Shown here: positions 16,224 to 24,000 of the stretch, piece by piece
How positions within the stretch are numbered: the first letter of the stretch is position 1
Layout: each line of letters starts with the position of its first letter
Assembly (NCBI RefSeq): GCF_900103285.1
Contig: NZ_FNGS01000002.1
Coordinates: 298,709 to 322,708 of the forward strand
DNA length: 24,000 nucleotides
Source: Siphonobacter aquaeclarae
Lineage (GTDB): Bacteria; Bacteroidota; Bacteroidia; Cytophagales; Spirosomataceae
Reading direction: 5' to 3'
Position numbers and translations under genes: made by a program
The notes under the pieces: model-generated
What the model was told of the DNA's origin: nothing
Seen by the model: only the letters and a program-made list of their open reading frames with translations
Database searches by the model: none

Positions 16224-17504
16224 ATGTCTCCACAGGAAATACAGTCCATTAAATCCCGGTTCGGCATCATTGGCAACTCTCCTGCCCTGAACTACGCGAT
16301 TCAGATTGCGGCTCAGGTGGCTCCGACAGACCTTACCGTTCTGATTACGGGGGAAAGCGGCAGCGGGAAAGAATCCTTTTCCAAGATCATCCACCAGCTT
16401 TCGTCCCGGAAGCATGGTCAGTTTATAGCCATTAACTGTGGCGCCATTCCCGAAGGCACGATTGATTCGGAGCTTTTCGGGCACGAAAAAGGCGCCTTTA
16501 CCGGAGCGGTTGATGCCCGCAAGGGGTATTTCGAAGTCACCGACGGAGGCACCATCTTCCTCGATGAAATCGCCGAAATGCCCCTCGGTACCCAGGCACG
16601 CCTGCTCCGGGTACTGGAAAACAAGGAATTCATCCGTGTAGGGTCTTCCAAAATCCTGAAAACGGATGTGCGGGTAGTGGCGGCAACGAACGTCAACCTC
16701 CTTCAGGCCGTCGAGAAAGGCAAATTCCGGGAAGACCTTTACTACCGCCTCAATACCGTTCCCATCTTCGTACCGCCCCTGCGGGAACGGGGAGAAGACG
16801 TATTGATGCTCTTCCGGAAGTTTACAGCCGATTTCTCCGAACGCCAGCGCATCCGACCGGTTCAGTTGACGGAAGATGCCCGCCAGGTATTGCTCAGCTA
16901 CCGCTTTCCCGGCAACATCCGCCAGCTCAAAAACCTGGCCGAGCAGATTTCGATTCTGGAAGAAGACCGGACCGTCAACGCCCGCTCGCTGCTCAAATAC
17001 CTGCCCGACGCCCAGCGGCCTTCCCTGCCGGATGTATTCCGGGAAAATGCGCAGGGACAGGATTTCAGTGAACGGGAGCTGTTGTACAAGGTATTATTCG
17101 ATCTGAAACGGGACGTCACCGAGCTCAAGAAACTCTTCCTCGAAATGGCGCAGAATGGCACGGGTGACCGCGACCTGCTGCGCCAGCATGCCAACCTGTT
17201 CGAAGACATGGCCGAGGAACCTGTTAATTTTAGTGAAAATCCGGCCGCAACCCGGTATTTACCTGCCTCCCAGCAACCGGCAACCGCTCCGCAGGTGCTT
17301 TCTTTGGATGATCCGGCGGAACCGAGCGTGGTAGACGTAACGGCGGAAGACGAATCCCTTTCCCTCGAAAAGAAAGAAAAGGAAATGATCGTCAAAGCCC
17401 TGCGTAAAAACGGGAACAAGCGTAAAAATGCAGCCCAGGCACTCGGGATCTCCGAACGGACGCTCTACCGCAAAATCAAACAGTATGAAATCGATGAGGA
17501 GTAA
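16224..17504 (+). CDS. Sigma-54-dependent transcriptional activator (AAA+ EBP + Fis-type HTH) lacking an N-terminal receiver/sensor domain
   Basis: The AAA+ core begins at about residue 13: FGIIGNSPAL, Walker A GESGSGKE, ELFGHEKGAFTGA (GAFTGA loop), Walker B IFLDEIAEM, RVVAATN, FREDLYYRLN. C-terminal HTH NAAQALGISERTLYRKIKQYEI follows a linker of ~130 aa. ATG at 16224; the track start at 16194 is TTG. Confidence 0.9.
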   Translation: MSPQEIQSIKSRFGIIGNSPALNYAIQIAAQVAPTDLTVLITGESGSGKESFSKIIHQLSSRKHGQFIAINCGAIPEGTIDSELFGHEKGAFTGAVDARKGYFEVTDGGTIFLDEIAEMPLGTQARLLRVLENKEFIRVGSSKILKTDVRVVAATNVNLLQAVEKGKFREDLYYRLNTVPIFVPPLRERGEDVLMLFRKFTADFSERQRIRPVQLTEDARQVLLSYRFPGNIRQLKNLAEQISILEEDRTVNARSLLKYLPDAQRPSLPDVFRENAQGQDFSERELLYKVLFDLKRDVTELKKLFLEMAQNGTGDRDLLRQHANLFEDMAEEPVNFSENPAATRYLPASQQPATAPQVLSLDDPAEPSVVDVTAEDESLSLEKKEKEMIVKALRKNGNKRKNAAQALGISERTLYRKIKQYEIDEE

Positions 17505-17997
17505 GGCTGTTGTTCTGCTTTGCCTGTTTTTTCTTTCCGGCTGCGGGCCGTATTCCTTCTCTCCGGGAGGGAAGCTTTCGTCTGATCTGAAGACGATTAC
17601 CATCAATAACTTCGTCATGAACGCCGCAGGGGGCCCTGCCAACCTGTCGACTACCTTCACGGAAACGCTCAAGGAATACTTCCAGCGGAATACCCGCCTG
17701 CAGATGAAGCCAGGCGGAGACGGCGACCTGGTTCTCGAAGGCGCCATCACAGGCTATGACGTGACGCCCCAGGCGCCGACAGCCTCTGATAAAGCGGGAT
17801 TGAACCGGCTGACGATCGCGGTGACGGTACGGTTCACCAACAACCGGGATGAGACCGGTAATTTCGAACAGACTTTCTCCTTCTTCAAGGATTTCCCGCA
17901 GACACAGACGCTGAATCAGGTTGAAGGGCAGCTGGTGCAACCCATTCTCGATCAGATTGTACTGGATATTTTCGGTAAAACCGCGGGCGACTGGTAA
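17485..17997 (+). CDS. lptE: LptE-family LPS-assembly lipoprotein
   Basis: Lipoprotein signal MKSMRSKAVVLLCLFFLSGC. It has the size (~170 aa) and the position directly downstream of the sigma-54 activator that I recall for Bacteroidota LptE-family genes. The start could equally be the ATG at 17494. It overlaps the upstream gene by 11-20 nt. Confidence 0.6.
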   Translation: MKSMRSKAVVLLCLFFLSGCGPYSFSPGGKLSSDLKTITINNFVMNAAGGPANLSTTFTETLKEYFQRNTRLQMKPGGDGDLVLEGAITGYDVTPQAPTASDKAGLNRLTIAVTVRFTNNRDETGNFEQTFSFFKDFPQTQTLNQVEGQLVQPILDQIVLDIFGKTAGDW

Positions 17998-18006
17998 TGA
18001 GCCCTT

Positions 18007-18026
18007 TACCTGCTTTTCGGCAGGTA
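18007..18026 (+). terminator. Short hairpin after lptE (tacctgc ttttcg gcaggta)
   Basis: A 7-bp perfect stem with a 6-nt loop, 10 nt after the stop at 17995-17997. It is followed by ctgctttc, which is only a weak T-tract. Confidence 0.35.
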
Positions 18027-18234
18027 CTGCTTTCATGGCCAAAAGAACAAAAATAACCTGTATATCAGACAGTTATGCAGGTTCTTTTCATTTCACAAGT
18101 ATCTTTCTTCCACCCGGGAGCCCGTGGAAATTCCGGGTATCTCTCTTCTCTGTGACACGAAAAAGTTGTAATTTGGATTCCCCGTTTGTACCGGTTTTCC
18201 AAGCCGTTGTCAACGTATTCGTGCCCAGCTCGTT

Positions 18235-18927
18235 ATGCATCGCGATATCTATTCATATCTGGTAGCCAACCCCGGTCAGGTGTCTCCCGACGACGTGTCG
18301 TACCTGGAGCAGCTGGTCGAACATTATCCCTTTTGCCAGACGGGGCATGTCCTCCTTGCCAAGGGTCATACGCACCGTTCTCACAGTCAGGCTGCTACGG
18401 CGGCCCTGCGGAAAGCGGCCGTGTATGCCCTGAGCCGGAACGCCCTCCGGAAACTGATGGGAGGTGAATTTCCGCCGGTATCCGTCACCCGTGATACTGT
18501 ACTTCCGTTTGTAAAGCGGTATGTCCGCGAACAGCCGAAGCAGGAGGAGATCGATCCGGTGCAAGCGTTGCGCGGACTGGACTACTCGGAAGTACTGCTG
18601 AAAAAAGCCGAGGAACTTACCGAGAAAAAACCGGAAAAGAAGGCGGATGTCGTCGATCATACTTCCCTGATCGACCGGTTTATACAAGATGAACCGCGTA
18701 TCGCGCAGATCCGGCCGAAAGTAGGCCAGACGGAGGAAGAACCGGTAGACCTGGCAGCCAAAAACAAGTTCAACGACAACTCTCCGGTCACCGAGGCCTA
18801 CGCCAAAATCCTGGCCCGTCAGGGGAAGACAGAGAAGGCCGTCGTTGTTTACGAAAAACTCCAGTTGAAGTTTCCGGAAAAAAAGGCGTACTTTGCCGAA
18901 AAAATTGCCGAAATACGCGGTCGTTAA
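18235..18927 (+). CDS. Hypothetical protein (conserved-looking; C-terminal TPR-like helix pair)
   Basis: Clean ATG ORF (MHRDIYSYLVANPGQVSPDDVSYLEQLVEHYPFCQTGHVLLAKG) with coding-like composition. The charged central region ends in AYAKILARQGKTEKAVVVYEKLQLKFPEKKAYFAEKIAEIR. I recognise no catalytic motif. Confidence 0.6.
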   Translation: MHRDIYSYLVANPGQVSPDDVSYLEQLVEHYPFCQTGHVLLAKGHTHRSHSQAATAALRKAAVYALSRNALRKLMGGEFPPVSVTRDTVLPFVKRYVREQPKQEEIDPVQALRGLDYSEVLLKKAEELTEKKPEKKADVVDHTSLIDRFIQDEPRIAQIRPKVGQTEEEPVDLAAKNKFNDNSPVTEAYAKILARQGKTEKAVVVYEKLQLKFPEKKAYFAEKIAEIRGR

Positions 18928-18966
18928 CCGCGTAACGTTTGAATAATCCTATACATCTCTCATAAA

Positions 18967-19317
18967 ATGTTCACTTTGCTGATTATCCTTTCCATCATTG
19001 TAGCGGCCTTTCTGGTCCTGATCGTGCTGATTCAGAACCCGAAGGGAGGAGGACTCTCCCAATTCACCGGAGGCAGCTCCACCCAGCTGTTTGGTGTGAA
19101 AAAAACCGGTGACCTGTTGGAGCAACTGACGTGGGGATTTGCCGGTGCGATTACCATTTTCGCTCTGGCTTCTGTTTTCTTCCTGACCGGGCAGTCAACG
19201 GGTGGTACCGTGGATGACGGACTTGGCTCTGTCGCTCCGGCGGCAACGGCTCCCGCTCCCCGCCCCGTAACGCCGGCCACGACCCCTACTCCGCAACCCG
19301 CCCAACCGGCGAAGTAA
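18967..19317 (+). CDS. secG: Preprotein translocase subunit SecG
   Basis: MFTLLIILSIIVAAFLVLIVLIQNPKGGGLSQFTGG...LTWGFAGAITIFALASVFF shows two TM helices flanking the conserved LxQxxKGGG motif. It carries a Pro/Ala/Thr-rich C-terminal tail. Confidence 0.9.
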   Translation: MFTLLIILSIIVAAFLVLIVLIQNPKGGGLSQFTGGSSTQLFGVKKTGDLLEQLTWGFAGAITIFALASVFFLTGQSTGGTVDDGLGSVAPAATAPAPRPVTPATTPTPQPAQPAK

Positions 19318-19338
19318 GCGATAATTGATGTTGAGAAG

Positions 19339-19365
19339 AAGCCCGGATGTGTCCGGGCTTTTTTT
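19339..19365 (+). terminator. Canonical Rho-independent terminator of secG
   Basis: aagcccgga tgtg tccgggctt forms a 9-bp GC-rich stem with a 4-nt loop, followed by a run of seven T when the two terminal stem T are counted (19359-19365). It begins 22 nt after the secG stop. Confidence 0.8.
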
Positions 19366-19482
19366 GTTTTCAGTTTTCGGTTTTCTGTTTTCAGTTGGTT
19401 GCCCGTTTCGGGGTGCAGATGCGCGTAGTCGAGACCGGCTGCCGGACAACCAACTGAAAACAAAAAACCGAAAACTGAAAAC
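19366..19482. repeat. Heptad-based palindromic intergenic element, copy B: ~36-bp inverted repeat with one mismatch around a 45-nt core
   Basis: The left arm gttttca gttttcg gttttct gttttca gttggttg (19366-19401) matches the reverse complement of the right arm caaccaactgaaaacaaaaaaccgaaaactgaaaac (19447-19482) with a single C/T mismatch. It shares the 13-mer gaaaactgaaaac with copy A. Confidence 0.85.
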
Positions 19483-19499
19483 CTTCAACCGAATCCCGC

Positions 19500-20207
19500 C
19501 TATTCCGCCACCGCCGCGATCTTTCTCCTCGCAATAGGCAGAAACGTTTCTTCCATCGGGTAAAGGCCGGTGCTTTCGACGACGTAGGAGGCCGGATTGG
19601 GCATTTCCTTCCGTTTTCGGACCAGTTCCAGCTTGATGCTTTCGAACGTGGTAACAGAGCTTTTGTACCGGGACTCTACCAGGTCGGTGACCACGCGGCG
19701 CGAAGGCGGCACGGTACTGTCAAACAATGTTACCCGGTAGGTATAGATCTGCAGTTCCCGGTTCGGGGACTGATACAGAAACAGGTATCCTTCTTTCCGG
19801 AAAAGCGGAACAATACCGACGGGGGAGATGGTTACCCGGTTGGCGATTTCCTCGAGGAGTTCCTCCCCCACCCGCACGGCGTTCCCGAAACGGGGAATGG
19901 CATACGTCAGGATCTCTTCCACCTCCCGGAGCGACTCTGTTTCTGCAAATTCATTTTCATATTTCAACCGGAGATGTTCCCAGTCGATTCCGGCGAGTTT
20001 TTTCTGCACGGATACCGCCCATTCGGCCTGGCTCTGCCGCAGTGCCATGCTCTCGCGGTAGTGTACCTGCAAATCTGACAGCTCCGGGAAGATTTTTTGC
20101 TGACCAAAATGCGCTTCGACGTGTTTCAGGTAGGCAAGCAGGAGGTATTTCTTGTATTCAAAATCAAGTAACCCGTCTGTCAGCCAGGTTTGCTGCAATT
20201 TTTTCAT
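19500..20207 (-). CDS. Hypothetical protein (no recognisable domain)
   Basis: Clean ATG ORF MKKLQQTWLTDGLLDFEYKKYLLLAYLKHVEAHFGQQKIFPELSDLQ... with coding-like amino-acid composition. It is divergent from groES. The overlapping plus-strand ORFs (19727..20209, 19828..20061) are Arg/Ser/Pro-rich antisense artefacts. Confidence 0.6.
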   Translation of the reverse strand: MKKLQQTWLTDGLLDFEYKKYLLLAYLKHVEAHFGQQKIFPELSDLQVHYRESMALRQSQAEWAVSVQKKLAGIDWEHLRLKYENEFAETESLREVEEILTYAIPRFGNAVRVGEELLEEIANRVTISPVGIVPLFRKEGYLFLYQSPNRELQIYTYRVTLFDSTVPPSRRVVTDLVESRYKSSVTTFESIKLELVRKRKEMPNPASYVVESTGLYPMEETFLPIARRKIAAVAE

Positions 20208-20443
20208 AATCGCCTGATTGATTGAATATTTCCCTAAGTTAACCGATTTCCGGAATTTTCCAAATATTATAGCTGCATAGCCCTTTGTTTAGTGCTATTA
20301 ATTTGGCAGAAAAGCCAATTATGGCGTTTGGCAGGTTTTCCTGAAAAATTGACAGCCTCCGCCGGGTGGCACGGGAATCGTAGATACCAATCCCGCAAAC
20401 CACATGGTTTAAAGATAAACGTTAATAAATCTCAAACAACAAC

Positions 20444-20740
20444 ATGTCAGTAAACGTCAAACCTTTGGCAGACCGCGTTCTGGTAGAACCGGCTCCGGCA
20501 GAAGAGAAGACTGCATTTGGAATCATCATTCCCGACACGGCGAAAGAGAAGCCCCAGCGCGGCGTCGTCGTGGCAGTTGGCCCCGGTAAGAAAGACGAGC
20601 CTCTGACCGTCAAAGAAGGCGACACCGTTTTGTATGGCAAATACTCCGGCACCGAGCTGTCATCTGACGGCAAGGATTACCTCATCATGCGTGAGGCTGA
20701 CATCCTGGCTGTGCTGACAGAAGCTGCTGTTGTTGCCTGA
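20444..20740 (+). CDS. groES: Co-chaperonin GroES
   Basis: [44 protein letters not shown]...[34 protein letters not shown] is a canonical Cpn10 sequence. Confidence 0.97.
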   Translation: MSVNVKPLADRVLVEPAPAEEKTAFGIIIPDTAKEKPQRGVVVAVGPGKKDEPLTVKEGDTVLYGKYSGTELSSDGKDYLIMREADILAVLTEAAVVA

Positions 20741-20746
20741 TACTGA

Positions 20747-22438
<1,692 letters not shown>

Positions 22439-22455
22439 TCTGCCCCCTCCGATAG

Positions 22456-22492
22456 AAAAACCCCTCTGCGGCCCTGCTGCGGAGGGGTTTTT
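22456..22492 (+). terminator. Rho-independent terminator of groEL
   Basis: aaaaacccctc (22456-22466) pairs with gaggggttttt (22482-22492) around a 15-nt loop, followed by ctttgggg. The A-run/T-run symmetry would allow bidirectional function. It begins 18 nt after the groEL stop. Confidence 0.75.
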
Positions 22493-22904
22493 CTTTGGGG
22501 AATGAGGTATCGGACCGCCCGACGGGTCTTACGGGAAAGTAGATGTCTGAAGATTCCGCTGTCACAAGTTCCGATGGTCGGCGGATCGTCTGATTTTCCC
22601 TCTGCAGAGAAAAAACCGCGGGAAAAACATGATACCGAATCTAACTATCTTCTTCAATCGTGGAAACAATCCGCTTTCGGTCTCATTCATAGGCCGACAC
22701 GTTTGTTTTCCCGTCAATCTTTTATTTATTCTTTTGATACTACCACTTATTAGTCTACTTAAAAAATAGATTAAGAAGATTATGGCAATTCGAAGGCTAT
22801 CGTATTTATTTGAAAAACCAATGGTTGAAAAACGGTTGGCGACAGCAATTACCCCCTCCTTTTTAAACGGATTTCCAGGGTCGGAAGCGGCCCACTGAAG
22901 CGGT

Positions 22905-23492
22905 ATGGGACGCATCACGGGACAAACGGAAGAGTGGCTCTGGACACAGGTTGTGGCCGGTGATTCCCTTGCGTATGAGGAGCTCGTTCATCGTCACTAT
23001 ACCCTGCTTTACCAATATGGCGGCAAGTTTTCCCGCGATAAGGCATTGGTAAAAGACTGTATTCAGGATGTTTTTCTGACGCTGTGGGAAAGCCGTCATG
23101 CCCTCAATGCCTCTATTCCACCCAAACCGTACCTGCTGGCTTCTTTGCGCCGGCGCATTCACCGGGTGGTTTCGTATGACCGCCTCGTCTTCGATGCTTT
23201 TCAGGAAGACACGCTTTTCGATGCCGATTTCGGGATTGAAGACCGGTGGATTCACGAAGAAGAAACCCTCCGGACAGCAGCGGAGATTACCCGCCTGCTC
23301 AACCAGCTGCCCGCCCGCCAGAAAGAGGTGATCTACCTCAAGTTCTTCCAGAACCTCAGTCGGGAAGAGATTGTGGATGTCATGCAGATCACGCCGCAGT
23401 CGGTCTCCAATCTCCTTCAGAAATCGTTCAAATGGCTTCGGGAATACTGGCCTGCCGGAATGACGCTTCCCTTCTTTTTGCTGAGTTGCTGA
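22905..23492 (+). CDS. ECF-type RNA polymerase sigma-70 family factor
   Basis: Region 2: AYEELVHRHYTLLYQYGGKFSRDKALVKDCIQDVFLTLWE. Region 4: LPARQKEVIYLKFFQNLSREEIVDVMQITPQSVSNLLQKSFKWLRE. It is followed by a FecR-type gene, the usual Bacteroidota arrangement. Confidence 0.88.
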   Translation: MGRITGQTEEWLWTQVVAGDSLAYEELVHRHYTLLYQYGGKFSRDKALVKDCIQDVFLTLWESRHALNASIPPKPYLLASLRRRIHRVVSYDRLVFDAFQEDTLFDADFGIEDRWIHEEETLRTAAEITRLLNQLPARQKEVIYLKFFQNLSREEIVDVMQITPQSVSNLLQKSFKWLREYWPAGMTLPFFLLSC

Positions 23493-23560
23493 TTTTTTTT
23501 GAGAACCGGGGGTATGTCGCCCAAAGCCCTGTCTAGTGGGTGTTGAAAGCGATCCTTTGT

Positions 23561-24000
23561 ATGCATCCTCCGTATCACCGGTATACTGCCGAACAGTTTC
23601 TCTGGGACGAATCCTTCCGGGATTGGGTAGTATCCCCGACTCCGGCGTCGGAACAGTTCTGGCAAACCTGGCTGGAAGAACATCCGGAGAAGGAAGCTAT
23701 CGTCCGGCAGGCTGCGCGGCTGGTCCGCGCGGTACAACCCGCCGAGCCCCTCCTTGCGGACGAAGAGCGGGAAGAAGCTATTGCTCAGATCCTTTCCGCA
23801 CGCGGCGACACTATCCGACCGTTGCGCAGGCATCGGTTCCTGCCGTGGACCGCTGCCGCTGCTGTCGTGATTCTGCTTCTGGGCGCAGGCTTCTGGTTTT
23901 TCCGGCCCGGCGTGGTTACACCTCCTCCAACTGTTGCCTTCCGCGAATTCACCAACTCACATGAAACGGCGCGGCTGATCCGCCTCGAAGACGGCACGAC
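23561..24000 (+). CDS. FecR-family anti-sigma factor / transmembrane sensor (N-terminal 146 aa; continues beyond the window end)
   Basis: Absent from the ORF track because it has no stop in the window. From the ATG at 23561: MHPPYHRYTAEQFLWDESFRDWVVSPTPASEQFWQTWLEEHPEKEAIVRQAARLV..., a single TM segment WTAAAAVVILLLGAGFWFF, then the start of the FecR domain (ARLIRLEDGT). The listed ORF 23536..23964 is in the wrong frame. Confidence 0.8.
   Translation, partial: MHPPYHRYTAEQFLWDESFRDWVVSPTPASEQFWQTWLEEHPEKEAIVRQAARLVRAVQPAEPLLADEEREEAIAQILSARGDTIRPLRRHRFLPWTAAAAVVILLLGAGFWFFRPGVVTPPPTVAFREFTNSHETARLIRLEDGT

Noticed and set aside
19189-19317. The Pro/Ala/Thr-rich C-terminal tail of SecG (…APAATAPAPRPVTPATTPTPQPAQPAK), and the short extra TEAAVVA tail on GroES.
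   Set aside because: These are low-complexity extensions of a kind common in housekeeping proteins and have no independent signal. I note them only as lineage-specific decoration.
19195-19537. ORFs 19195..19488 (-), 19325..19537 (+) and 19032..19463 (-) spanning the heptad repeat. I also considered whether the repeats form a CRISPR array.
   Set aside because: Their translations are just the repeat read through (FSVFGFLFSV, QLKTKNRKLKTF). The units are 7 nt with no spacers and form an inverted repeat, not a 24-48-nt direct-repeat/spacer array, and no cas genes are nearby.
20288-20300. A CIRCE (HrcA operator) element upstream of groES, suggested by TTAGTGCTA.
   Set aside because: CIRCE is TTAGCACTC-N9-GAGTGCTAA. 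Only a half-site-like fragment is present, and there is no inverted partner at 9-nt spacing.
22502-22918. ORFs 22502..22753 (+, 83 aa) and 22562..22918 (-, 118 aa) in the groEL/ECF-sigma spacer.
   Set aside because: They overlap each other on opposite strands in an AT-rich gap, show no domain-like sequence, have poor start contexts and have odd composition. I treat the region as noncoding (see finding).
23536-23964. The 142-aa plus-strand ORF downstream of the ECF sigma gene.
   Set aside because: It is in the wrong frame. The frame starting at the ATG at 23561 gives a typical FecR N-terminus with a TM helix and stays open to the window end. The listed ORF is Arg/Gly/Ser/Pro-rich.

Overview
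The window looks like chromosomal DNA from a moderately GC-rich member of the Bacteroidota, probably Cytophagia-like. This rests on gene content: an ECF sigma/FecR pair, a TamL-type Omp85 lipoprotein, the order miaB, sigma-54 activator, lptE, secG, groES-groEL, and one exact TAnnTTTG -7 box. Most of it is ordinary, densely packed core genome. I call 24 protein genes. Two run off the window edges and are missing from the ORF track: a TolC-family gene on the minus strand at 1..1063 and a FecR-type anti-sigma gene at 23561..24000. I found no rRNA, tRNA, CRISPR array, transposase or integrase. Two things deserve a second look. (1) A tightly packed six-gene same-strand cluster (6656..11215) sits divergent from an OmpR/HisKA two-component pair. 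It encodes two tandem YHS-domain paralogs, DoxX, DinB, a 584-aa fusion of an NRDE/TANGO2-type N-terminal-Cys domain to an ATP-grasp ligase domain, and a beta-barrel outer-membrane protein. (2) A heptad-based (GTTTTCN)n palindromic repeat family occurs in two convergent intergenic gaps (11219..11322 and 19366..19482). The second copy has arms complementary at 36 of 37 positions. All functional calls come from motif recognition by eye in the supplied translations. No database search was run.
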